From: Mytilus edulis
Taxonomy: Eukaryota
Assembly (NCBI RefSeq): GCF_963676685.1
Contig: NC_092344.1
Coordinates: 64,294,001-64,358,000 of the forward strand
Length of the DNA stretch: 64,000 nt
Direction of reading: 5' to 3'
Within the stretch, counting starts at the first letter, position 1; every line of letters begins with the position of its first letter. Made by a program: the position numbers and the translations under genes. Shown here piece by piece: positions 51,954 through 64,000 of this stretch. The notes below the pieces were generated by a model. That model had not been told where the DNA came from and made no database searches. It saw only the letters and a program-made list of their open reading frames with translations.

Positions 51954-53057
51954 CTAAAACACACCCGCGAAATCGCGGGCAATCAGAGCGTGGTTGAAAG
52001 TATGTAAAGTGTTGTAGGAAAATTTTTGCAAAAGATTTAATGACTGGAGAATTTCAGGAATAAGTATCAAAGTCATAGGTACTTCTTTTATTTCCCAAAT
52101 TCCCATTTTTTTGTTTTCTATTAATTTCAATATGCACATACATAATTATATATTAAGAACATTCAAGTCAGGAGCCTGTGATTAAGTGGTTGTCGTTTGT
52201 TTATGTCTAAGCCTTACATATTTTTTTTCGTTAATTTTTTTGGTACATAAATAAGGCCGTTAGTTTTCTCGTTTGAATTGTTTTAGATTGCATTTCGGGG
52301 CCTATTATAGCTGACTTTGCGGTATGGGCTTTGCTCATTGTTGAAGGCCGTACGGTGACCTATAGTTGTTAATGTCTGTGTCATTTTGGTCTCTCGTGGA
52401 GAGTTGTCTCATTGGCAATCATACCACACCTTCTTTTTTTTTTGTTATAATGAATTTTTGTAAACGATTTAATTGATGGAGAATTTCAGAAAAGGTATCA
52501 AAACTCCGGTGCTTTGGGACAGGACAATTGTTTTCCTAGCCCTGCTAATTTTTTTTTTATTTGTATTAACATTTATAACACATGCATACTTTTAGCGCTT
52601 AACTGTATACAATGAACATTCCGATTACTATAAATAAAGAGTATTTGCTTTTTACTTTCAATTCTCAGGTTACTAATCGATCCACGGCGGTCATTTCTAT
52701 ATTATACAGACTCTCTGTGTTTTTAGTTTACCCTGTGACCGCCGTGGATAGTAAACTTGAAAAAGATAGCAGATAGAAAATACACTTTATTCGTAGTATA
52801 TGTATGTTCAAAGAATACAGAAAAACGCAAAACGGAAGTCTAATATGACTTAAAATTTCGCCCAATGACGAAATCAATATCCGGATGCGTTTTTTCTTGT
52901 TTTTCTCCCAAAATAACTCAATCTGAATAATCATAAAAATGGATGACAAATGCGACTATGCACTGTACCTATAGGACACAGAGGCATGATGATTACTTTA
53001 TTGTGGAAAGAAGAGAAGCGACACCCAAAATGAGGTCTTCTCGTTTAATAGTATAGA
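51954..53057 (-). mobile_element. Non-autonomous canonical Helitron
   Basis: Minus strand a|TCtatactattaaacg ... cccgcgatttcgcggg hairpin, then tgtgttTTAG|t. Inserted at A-T with no TSD. Contains a PLE-2 tail copy (~52165-52440). Confidence 0.8.
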
Positions 53058-54763
53058 TAGATAAGTAGATATATTTTTGTAGAAACTTTTAATAGCAAAT
53101 ATTACCATCAAAACACGATCTACAAGGACGCCAATTTGTCAGTTGAAATCGTTTTTGCACTTTTAAAATGATTTAACCAATCTTTGGTGCTTTTGCCAAT
53201 TATCTTGAAAACTATCAGCAATAGCAAGAAATTTTCAAAACAAAAATTATCAGCAAGATACAAGTCAAAATTTCTATTATAGTAAGTATAAACTTTTAAA
53301 GTAAATGATTTCCCTTAAATATCACCACTTGTGTTTTGGGTTAAAAACTAAAGAAGATTGTGAATTTTTGTTATGAACTACTCAAGTCTATAATGTTGGA
53401 GAGTTCGAATTGTTTTAGATGCACATATAACTAGATGAATGGCTCGTGCTCTTCATAGTCTCGGTTTTTTTTTTATATAGCTGTTATGTATTTCCAAAAC
53501 TGTTTGCTATTTTCTTTTATATATCTCCTATTCTATTGTCAACATAATTGTTGTGTGATTTCGTTACTTCAGTCGTTAATAATTTTCGTAGTTCTTTTCA
53601 ATTTCACCGTTCGTGAATAAATATTTCTTTCCGTTTCCGTATCCGCCGTTTAACAACACCCAGTAGAGCTTGGAGTATTTGCAGAGTATTTCGCTGCATG
53701 TAAACAAGGTGGTCTTCCACTCTCTTTACAAAATTGTTTAAACATCACAACGTGTGGCCTGGCTGCTGTATTGAAAATTTTATATGTCGACCAAAGTTGT
53801 AAAAACATCAATGTTATACCAACAGGAAAACAGCACAACAGAATATGGGATGTAAATAGAAAGTTAGCAACAGTAATCATTGCATCCATTCAAAGATGTC
53901 TTACTGCATAAGTTCTTGATAATTTGAACAAAATAAGTCTATAAATTGATAATCAGACTGAAAGAAAATATATTTGCATTTCTTGTTCACCTGTAGCTAC
54001 ATGTACAATCCCTATTTTTATCTCTCGAATATGCCTAACATATAATATATTATGAATATTTTAACTAAGCATGTAGTGACTGTTAAACTTCATCTTATAT
54101 CTCATCCCAATTCCCTAAATCATATATTCTGATCCAATATTTGACGGTAGTAATGGGGGGACGTTCATGACGTATAACGGTAGAAATTCTTGCCAAATGA
54201 CGTGAACGGTAATTTTTAGTGCATGATGATGAAATGTACACGTTCTTTTAGACGATAAAACATTAGCTGAATTTGACGAATCACGCAATTTTTTTTCCAA
54301 AAATAACGGTAACGATATTTATTTGAGACACCTGACGAATCACGATAAGGATATTCTGACTAATTACGGTAAAACTTTAACCAATTTGCTGCTAACGATA
54401 TTCAAAAATGACCGTTTGACTCCTGATGGTAAAGGACATTACCACCCTTATTTGTGTAAAAAAATAGTGGTCAAGCAGATGTCAAAAAAAAAATATTCGG
54501 AATCTTGATTTCCCCTCACCTTATACATGTAACACGTTGTGTTAAATTTTGATGAATATAATTTTGATTGAAAAAAATGTTTGCGCTTTGTGTGGAAGAA
54601 AAGAGGGACGAAAGATACCAAAGGGACAGTCAAACTCATAAATCTAAAACAAACTGACAACGCCATGGCGAAAAGTATGAAGAAAAGTATTTCCGACTCC
54701 GACAAACAAACATAACCCCCTTTGAAGTGAATTGGTTGCTTCCTTAGCAAAGGCTTATTCATA

Positions 54764-54966
54764 CTGTATAATTCAGAAATTATTGCAAGGTTTTTATTAT
54801 TGTGAAAAATGCGACAGAGTTGTAAATAATTTAAACTTGCATTTTGAAATATTTTATATGAAATAAAACAGGATTTTTCTCAAAATCGTGAAAATTAATT
54901 TACCATTTAGGTCTAAAATAACAAAATTGCAATAACGAATGTTCGAAATAATTTCTGAATTTACAG
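54764..54966. mobile_element. MITE with TA target duplication
   Basis: TA|ctgtataattcagaaattatt ... aataatttctgaatttacag|TA. Confidence 0.85.
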
Positions 54967-55984
54967 TAGTTTTAATTATTTAAAACTTTAGTCTAAATGA
55001 TAAGTACATTTTACAAAATAAAATGCCATTAGATACATGAACATACATACGTATTGGGCTTCAGTTTCAGAGAAAAGATTATAATTTTGCTACATGTAGC
55101 TGAACTTTTGATAATGTCACATGTACATGAATCATAATTTTAATTGTATAAGTAATTGTGTATGGACCATTTTTGGGAAGACCATATATTGTCATCCGTC
55201 CAAACATCTAATTTTAAATCTAAAAGTTTAATAAGACACTTAAAACCACACCACTTCTGACTTAGGACAAGCACAAATTATTGCGGTGAGGTTAAACTGA
55301 GTTTTAAACTATTAGATTCAAACCATTCCCTTTTATATAAAAACAGATGTGATTGCAAACGTGACAACTCCCCACAAGAGACAAAATGACACAGAAATTA
55401 ACAGCTACAGGTCACTGTACGGCCTTCAACAATGAACCAAGCCGGTACTTCATAGTCAACTATAAAAGACCCTGAAAATCCAAAGAGAAAACTAACGGCC
55501 GAATTTATGTACACAAAATGAACGAAAAACAAATATGAAGCACATCAACAAACGACAACCACTGAATTACAGGCTCCTTGGAACAGGCTCATACATACAG
55601 AATGTGGTGCGATTAACCATGTTAGCCTCGTTAGATATGAAAAATATAAAAGAATATTAATTTAGGAGAAAACCAAGGCCCAACTTCAGGTTAAGTGGTC
55701 AGTCATCAATTAGGATGCTGTGAAACTTTAGATTTATAACAAAAATCAACCTCAGTTTTGATAAATTCAGTTATTTTTTCACATTTTTAGCATCAATTCA
55801 TACTGGTCTTGGTGAAAGACATGTAAATGGATTTTTATCAACATTGAAAACACCACCTGTCAGTCATAGAATGTTTGATGAAAGACAAAAAGAGTTTGGA
55901 ACGATTCTTGGAGAAATTGCTGAGAAATCTATGAAGGAATGGTCAGAGAAAGAGGAAGAGTATGACGAAAGACCAAGTTAATTG

Positions 55985-58170
55985 AAATGATTTTGGAGTT
56001 TTGAGGAACTGTAAATTCCATTAATCCAATGTTGTTAACTAATCATTCTTTCCACATTATGGAGGTTGATGAAAATTGTCGAGTATTGCAGCCATTTGCA
56101 CTGAAGTAACGAAAGATTCTGAAATTAAGCAATTTGCGCAAAACAAAAAAAGAAACCAGAAGATCTTCCTTTCTCTAATCAGCTTATAATTAATTTATAA
56201 TAATAAAGTTACTCTAGAACATTTCAATAGTAACAGACAGGAATCTAATTTAAAAACAACTTTCAATGTAAATGATTTAGAAAAATCAGAATCTGAAATT
56301 GCAGTGGCCCAAAGCTGTGCTTCTACTTTATTTGAATATTGTTTTTGTAAACTTCCCTGTCCAAATAGCCTTTCACAATCCCCTGGTATTCAAGATTGTA
56401 TAAGTAAAAAAACTAACAATACTCTAATTGAAAAATCTGAGGTAAAATATCTGTCCTTGTTTAACGAACAATGTGACATACAGATACTTCAACTATTCAT
56501 TAGAGATCTACTCCATCAAAGTTTAAATGTCGGTCAGGATATCCAACATTTAGTTGGTGTTTGTGATGGGAAGACCTATAACCTCTTAGTGAAACTGAAA
56601 GGAGAATATGGATCAGAACTTGCTTGGGTCCTCCCTTTTCCAGGCGACTGGCACATACTAACAAATTATCAGAAGATGCTTATAAAGTTGTATATTGATG
56701 CTTGTCTCAAAGACTTCATTGACATTTTTCATCAAGGTGCAACTGCAAATTCAGTTATACAGGCTGTGAACTTTGATAAAACACATAATTTTTTGTTGCA
56801 ATTCTGAGAATCACTTTTTCGTTTTTAAATAGAACTGTTATTGCATATTTTTAGTTTAATCATGACCATTTTATTCATATTAAAAAGAGTATCTGACATT
56901 TTATCAGATGATACACTTTCCCCTTTACAGAAAATACAAAAAGAAATGATTTTTTTCCAAAATTTTTCATTTGAATATGAAGAGCTTTGTGAGGAAAATG
57001 AAAACTGGATATTTTGGATAAGTAAGCACTGCTTTACTTACAAAGCAAATTTCGTTGCTATACGTTCTGGTAACTTGGAACTTCGTAACTTTTGTATTAA
57101 AGAAGTGATCAAAATTACCCAAATTACTGAAAGCAAATATTATGCACGACTTTTACCTTATCATATAGCGGACTTTATTAATTTCACAAAATGCAATAAA
57201 ATTAAATCAAACATTTGTTGTTGGTGGTGGTTTTGACAATTCTTCTTTATCAAAATATGTTGTCCAAAATGGGATAAGAATCATTAAGAATTTTCAAACT
57301 AATATATCAGAGGTGGACATGTACAGTCGAGTTTGTTTACACACTGAAAAAATTATTTATTCACCAGACAATGACACATACAACATTGGTTTACCATTTA
57401 TACAAACTTTAGACAAACAGGTTTCTGTTCAACTTGCTTTTAAGAAGGATGTCATATATTTAAACATGAATAAGCTTATTTATTCCATTAAAAATGATCT
57501 AGATTTACAATGCCTTTCAAATGACAATCATGACAATATACCACCAATTTTTCAAATGTTGTATATTATTACTGGATCATGTGGATGCGATTATGTATCG
57601 TTTTTTAGGGACCGTGGTAAAACTTTTTTCTATCAGATATTTTTCAAATATCCAGATTTTATTAATTCCAATAATATTGTAAAGGGGTGGTTGTGAATAT
57701 TAAGTGATAGTGATGACAGAGAAAATGTAGAATTTCTTGCGATTTTACGTTTAGTTGGGTGTGAATATTGGGGGAAATGTTCCTCTGCCTTCTTAAAGGA
57801 TAGGATCGAATCTCCTCCTTATTTATTTCAATCTGTTTTTTTTAGAAACATTAAGTCCGTTAGAAAATCACTTTATTTGGCTTTTAAAAATTAGAGAAGC
57901 ACAGTGCTGTAGAGTTCCATCTGAAGAATTTTCCTGCAATATATTGATGCGTTTTTCTTACACTGGAAAAGGTTTTGTTGGGTTAAGCTTGTATGACAGC
58001 AAGCTAATCGCGGTCCGGGATGTAAATGTGGACAGTTTTGTTTAAATTCAAACGGCCCTACAATGTTACCTACAGGTGACGCAAATATCCGACAACCAAA
58101 GAGAAACGCAAGTTGAATACTGTTACGACTCTGAATCAGACACTGGTACGGACTCAGCTGATAATATGAC
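55985..58170 (+). mobile_element. Academ (AcademX-type) transposase C-terminal half with XPG-like nuclease motifs (degenerate)
   Basis: VCDGKTY..WVLPFPGDWHIL.NYQ; AIRSGN; YSPDNDTYNIG; GCDYVSFFRDRGK (XPG/FEN1 H3TH-like); HWKRFCWV; GCKC. Confidence 0.7.
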
Positions 58171-58806
58171 ATTTAATGATTTTTTTCTTGAATTTAAGAA
58201 TCTTGGCATTAATTTAGTTGAACTGGATGAATGAGCTTTACAAACGGTCATCACAGATTTCAATACACATGTTTGTAATTCCATGATACAAATAGTGATA
58301 TTTTTACAAAAACAATTTTAATTCCAAAATACAAACCAAACTATATCACATGTATCAGCAAAACATATTTCAGTAGGTTGTACACTTAAATTCATCTATT
58401 TTCACATTCTGAAAGCAGAATATATTCAAAATATTATTTTTGGTGAGAAATTTCTTTTTTATATAATAGTTCCGACTTAGCTGAAAAAAGTGAGGACTGG
58501 TAAGGTTTCCTGAGACAATATACCTCAAGTTAAATGAAAACAATTTTCAGACATTTTAAGTATAACTAAATAATATTTATACTTTTGTTAATAAAAAATT
58601 TGGGAAGCGTTTCCCGATTTTTTTGGGGAAAAAAGACGAATTTATGAAGAATTTGGTGCCATCTCATACTTTCGATTAGACCTGCTGAGTTATTTATTTT
58701 CAATTCAGGTAATCTTTTTTCAAACTACCACAGAACAAACCATTTATTTTTGTGATTATCAATGCTGAGTTATTTATTTTCAAAATCCTACTGGCTCCCC
58801 CAGAAT

Positions 58807-59276
58807 CACGGGGGGGGGGGGGGGGGGGGGGGGGTTACTTCCTATTATTGGGTATACGGGGATGTGCCAAAAATATGGGTCATAATTTTGCGAGATTTTA
58901 TATAAAAATGACCCTCCTTTTTAATGACATCCTATATTAAAATGCATTTACGTTTGATAACTGTATATTGATTTGGGGTATGATCTACATATCATATTTA
59001 AATATGCTGTTGATATGTGCACCAAACGATGTCAATTCATATATAAAAACTTAAGGGTAGCTGGTATATTTAAGAATTATGAGTGATGATGAGTTAGTGC
59101 TTATATAAGCATGGGTCAAATTTTAAATATTGTATATAAGTATAGGTCATTCTTTCTTAAATATTTATATAACTATAAGTACTGAATTTCAGTGAATGTT
59201 ATATTAAAATGGGTACGTTTTTTGAGGCAAAAATGGCACACCCCTACCAAAAAAATATCGAAGTTACCCCCCCGTG
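58807..59276. mobile_element. 470-bp TIR element with 8-bp TSD (hAT/P-like), inserted in another MITE end
   Basis: CCCAGAAT|cacg(g)n-ttacttc ... gaagtta(c)n-cgtg|CCCAGAAT. Confidence 0.85.
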
Positions 59277-60003
59277 CCCAGAATATCAAATGGTCGTCCC
59301 CTTAGCAGAGTTGGTGAGAAGCATATAAAAAATATTGATACAGTATGTGCAGGTGTTCCGAATGTAAAAACATATTCAAAAATAATGAAAAGTTTTAGAG
59401 CTAACAATGTTTAAACAAAGTTATACAAAAAATATATAATAAGAAAAGTTACTTATCGGTAAGATTTAAATAACGTCATCACATCAATTTAAGAGGAAAC
59501 AAGTTCCATTTCAGGGGACCCACATTTCGTTACAGTATGATGGCACAGTTGCAGCAGGAGTAACTTATAATTACACTTTTCATTGTAGCAAAGTCACAGT
59601 TGTCACTGGGCAATAATAATGTTATAATATGAAACCAGTTTTATAATTTTATACTGTACTTAACAATACATTAAAACGATATATTAGTTAGTGTGTGTTG
59701 TGTCTCATTGACTAAGTTGTTCAAATTTCCCCTTATATGTATTCTAAATTAATTGGTAAAGACAACACGCATTTAATTTGCTCATACTAAGAAATTTCAA
59801 GCGATCATCTAGATAAGTGTAATTATTGTATTTCCGATGTCTGTATGAAATTTTGGAATTTCCAAAATGAACTATAAAGAAAATAAAACAGCTTTTACAG
59901 TATTCAGGGATTCGAGATGTAAAAGGTGATTAGAAGGTATGATCTAAAACTTTCTTTGCACGATTACAATGACGTCTTCCAGAGCAACTAATAAGCCACT
60001 TAA

Positions 60004-60535
60004 GGAGGCTCGCGAGTACAATAAATTTGGCAAGTATTTAAACATTTTTTTTCCATTACAAATGTTATTTTTGACACTATTACTTGTTACTTTATGATAT
60101 GGTTACAACTCAACCCCAAAAATCAATTCGGTTTGGCCCCAGATGACTTTAAAAATGTCAACAACATTGAAAAAGCTCACTTGAAAAAAACATTTTTGGG
60201 GCATTAAAATTGAAATATCTTCTTTTTTTTTTTTAACTCATCGTTGACCTATATTTTTTATTATTTTTTTTTTCGAATAAGCTGTTTTTAAACTAAACTA
60301 TTATAAAATTTATGCGATTTCTGTTATTTAGTTCTATTACCTTTTTTACTCCTATTAATTCAACAGAAAAAAATACTTTAACAAAAATGCAAGCTTCTTT
60401 TGAAGGCAGATAGTGAGCTTAAATGTACGGTGACCTCATATTTTTATTTTATTTTTCTATCAGGTATAGAATAGTTTATTTATAGAAAATGTAGCGAAAT
60501 CCTATATAAGATTTTTTTTTATTTATACCCGCGAG
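60004..60535. mobile_element. Kolobok-like MITE with eroded right end
   Basis: TTAA|ggaggctcgcgagta ... tacccgcgag; the terminal bases and second TTAA are missing. Confidence 0.55.
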
Positions 60536-61829
60536 AGATTTATTTAATAATAACACACTTGAAGAAATGGTTAGCTCGATTATTGTAAAACTATGACAAA
60601 TATTAAAAGACATATTTACAAAATGCCTTAGAAATTCCATTTCACTCTTGGATAAACATGCCCATGTTACGACAACATCTCCAATAATTATACCAGGAAA
60701 TGAGTTGAAGGAAGGTAAATTAGTTTACAAAGAAAATAAGACAAAAGCTTTTATGATCTAAAAAAAAACATGTTTAAACAGAAAACAAAAGTGTCATCTT
60801 AATACCGTGACACAGTACTCTTTTTATTCTTCTGAACAACTTATTACATGACTGTTCAGTATATTTTCGGTAATATCCATTTGACGTGGCTCTGTACTTA
60901 AACATCCCGTTATGGAAATATGAAAAATGTATAATCCTGGTACTTTGATAACTACTTGTCCTTCGTTTTTGCTTACGTGCTTTATCTATATAATTTTTCT
61001 GTTTTTCGTTGTTCACATATTTGTTTGTTTAATGTAGGGATTATTACACATTATTGACTGCTGTATTTTTGACATTTTTACCTTTTGTTTTTGAATATTT
61101 TGTTCAGATATCGTAGTCAATTGATTGGAATGATATGCGACTGTCATACAAGTGACAGGTTTGGCTACCTAGAAAGTCAGGTTCAATCCGCCATTTTCTG
61201 CATAAAAAATGCCTATACTTGACGGGATGTATTAGTTCAGAGCCAAGTAAAATGGATACCAACAAAAGCAGACTAAACATTGAATGTAATATTCTTAAGA
61301 ACAAATAAAAGAATAACACTACACGTTAATAAGATTATCATCAACAGCAGTACCTAGAATACCTTATTCAATGAAAATCGCGAAATTTTACCCCGTTCAT
61401 GTATTATACGGACATGAAGGACCGCTAAGTGCTATACACGTGAACTCATCTGTAGACCACAAACGATCGATTTACATCTATAATTTTTAGATTAAAAATA
61501 TGCTAAGGCTGCACGAATATTGTACGGTTGAGTTGAAGATAACACCTACATGGCCCAATGGGAAGTGTCATGTTGTCTACAAACCTTCCAATCTTGTCGG
61601 AGACTAGACATGAACCTAGAAGACAAACCGTTAATGAAATACTGGGACAGCCAATAGGACATGTGCCTAACCATGTTTGCAATATATTTACCTTAGGCAT
61701 GACGAATATCGAATTTGACAAATGTAAAAAAAAAAAAAAAAAAAACAACCGCTGCGAAATTAACATGGCGATAAACAACATCAATATTCCAAGTTATCTT
61801 TATTATTATACATATTTTACAGTTAAAAT

Positions 61830-62805
61830 CACTATAAAGGGCAATAACTCCTAAAGGGGTCAACTGACCATTTCGTCATGTTGACTTATTTGTAAATCTT
61901 ACTTTGCTGAACATTATTCCTGTTTACAGTTTATCTCTATCTATAATAATATTCAAGATAATAACCAAAAACAGCAAAATTTCCTTAAAATTACCAATTC
62001 AGGGGCAGCAACCCAACAACAGGTTGTCTGATTCATCTGAAAATTTCAGGGCAGATAGATCTTGACCTGATAAACAATTTTACCCAACTTCAGATTTGCT
62101 CTAAATGCTTTGGTTTTTGAGTTATAAGCCAAAAACTGCATTTGACCCCTATGTTCTATTTTTAGCAATGGCGACACTGTTTGTTGATAGATCATAACTT
62201 CGGATACAATTTACAAACTAGATACCCTAAGGAACATTCAATTAAAGTTTGGAAGTATTTGGCCCAGTAGTTTCAGAGGAGAAGATTTTTGTAAAAGATT
62301 ACTAAGATTTACGAAAAATGGTTAAAAATTGACTATAAAGGGCAATAACTCCTAAAGGGGTCAACTGACCATTTCCGTCATGTTGACTTATTTGTAAATC
62401 TTACTTTGCTGAACATTATTCCTGTTTACAGTTTATCTCTATCTATAATAATATTCAAGATAATAACCAAAAACAGCAAAATTTCCTTAAAATTACCAAT
62501 TCAGGGGCAGCAACCCAACAACGGCTTTGGTTTTTGAGTTATAAGCCAAAAACTGCATTTGACCCCTATGTTCTATTTTTAGCAATGACGACCATGTTTG
62601 TTGATAGATCAAAACTTCGGATACAATTTATAAATTAGATACCCTAAGGAACATTCAGTTAAAGTTTGAAAGTATTTGGCCCAGTAGTTTCAGAGGAGAA
62701 GATTCTTGAAATAGTTTACGACGACAGACGACGGACGACAGACGACGACGGACGACAAGTGATGGCATAAGCTCACTTGTCCCTTCGGGACAGGTGAGCT
62801 AAAAA
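61830..62805 (-). mobile_element. HINE (family of 50719-51842) with ~500-bp internal direct repeat
   Basis: actataaagggcaataactcctaaagggg at 61831 and 62332 (second unit internally deleted); (acg/gacg) tract; gctcacttgtcccttcgggacaggtgagc hairpin. Confidence 0.85.
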
Positions 62806-63012
62806 GCAGGATGAGACACTTGCAAAAAAAAAGTCAGGACGACAATTTAGGTAAAAAAAAGTCAGGATAAACTAAAAAAAAAAAAAGGCAGGACCGAACA
62901 GAGTGAAAAATAAAAAGGCAGGACAGATATTACAGCTAAAAAAAATGCAGGACAAAATTTTTCATCCAAGGCCCCCCCCCCCCCCCATAAAAATCAAATG
63001 GTAGCTCCCTAA

Positions 63013-64000
63013 TATAACAATGGCCATATTCCTGACTTCGTACAGGACATTTTTAAAGAAAAAAATGGCGGGTTGAACCTGGTTTTGTGGCATGCCAAAC
63101 CTCCACTTCTATAGCCATGTGAAATATAACATTAAGATGACAACTCAACACTACAAGACTACAATATCAATAAATTGGAGAATACAATTGACAAAGAAAC
63201 ACACGAACAACAGCCAACAAAAGGCAACACGTTGAAAATTTTAATACGCCAGAAGTGCATTTTATACACACAAGATTTAATAGTGATGCCCAGATACAAA
63301 AGTTTGAAAGCCGAAACAAGCACAAATTCGAACAGCATCGAGGACTAAAAGATTAAAAAAGTTGTGCCAAAAACGGCCAGGGTTTTCTGTTAGTTACCAG
63401 AACATCCTTAACATTTAGAATAATTTATACTTTTGCAAACAGTAAATTTATAAAATTAATATAAAAAAGCTGTACATGATAGAACTGAAATATTAACTAA
63501 TTACAGGAAACAACTGAAATACATTACATAACCAGACATTTGCAACACAAAATGTAGACACATCCGAATATGTTTAAACCACAACGCCAAGTGACGTCAT
63601 ATTTGAAATTGTAAAAAATGACAAAAAAATGATGACGTCATTTGAATTTGTCAAATAGATCATCAAAAAATGAAAAATGACGTCATTTGAATGAATAAGA
63701 TAGAACTAGGACTGACCTAAGATTACATTTGAAGTAAATACTGATATTGCACTTAATAACAATGCACATTTCAATATTTATTAATAGCAAACTAAGGCAG
63801 CAATTAACTATATTATAAAGCTATGTACGGTTTGTTTGGAATCTCACTTGAAACGTAAAATATCGCACTGATTACGTTGAACAAAATGAAATCTAATAAA
63901 TGAATGCGGTGATTAATATTATTTACCATAACACCTAAATATAATAGAAAAGAAGTCAACACATTTGACAAAATCCGATGAGAATTACAAATATAACATT
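63013..64000 (-). repeat. Probable 3' tail of a further PLE-like family, containing a decayed hammerhead scaffold (63246-63290)
   Basis: Shares the aaaccaggttcaacccgcca..cctgtac.aagtcaggaat block with the PLE-1 tail. Minus strand catcactattaaatcttgtgtgtataaaatgcacttctggcg parallels the 12164 ribozyme. Confidence 0.45.

Larger units (their letters stand above)
50392..53661. mobile_element. TIR element with 9-bp TSD (MuDR/Mutator-like, non-autonomous) carrying nested inserts
   Basis: TSD AGTAGAGCT at 50383-50391 and 53662-53670. TIRs ggtttttgctaaacggcgg / ccgccgtttaacaacaccc. The empty site restores RRVVELGV. Confidence 0.88.
50324..55970 (+). pseudogene. Split 'Mutator-like' (Kolobok-type) transposase N-terminus, in pieces 50324-50391, 53671-53872 and 55791-55970
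   Basis: Joined translation SWRHGRRVVELGVFAEYFAACKQGGLPLSL..GLAAVLKI..WDVNRKLAT|(A)SIHTGLGERHVNGFLSTLKTPP..AEKSMKEWSEKE. Family assignment from memory. Confidence 0.7.

Overview
AT-rich eukaryotic (animal) genomic DNA with a 212-N scaffold gap at 9057-9268. The repeat families and hammerhead-ribozyme motifs resemble those of a bivalve mollusc, probably Mytilus; this is recognition from memory, not a database result. No intact host gene was found. The window is mostly decayed, nested transposons. Retroelements: a gag-like ORF with an N-terminal helix-hairpin-helix motif, a Gypsy RT fragment, RTE-X-like and CR1-like LINE fragments, two Penelope-like (Naiad-type) RTs whose 3' tails are scattered across the window, and a near-complete BEL/Pao element with PPT and 3' LTR. 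DNA transposon relics: piggyBac, Harbinger (nuclease and MADF), Crypton-type tyrosine recombinase, Academ and Kolobok-type. There are also many non-autonomous elements (TTAA-flanked, 8-bp and 9-bp TSD, Helitron and Helentron types). The ORF track misses several features: a four-exon ubiquitin-specific protease (C19) gene fragment with frameshifts (13081-15239), one near-intact and three decayed hammerhead ribozymes, a ~183-bp satellite fused to the tail of a (TA)n-associated tRNA-like element, a head-to-tail pair of Helentron-like elements, and an insertion nest up to five levels deep (47572-58499). I did not find a convincingly novel multi-gene system. Family names come from manual motif recognition, and boundaries of decayed elements are approximate.
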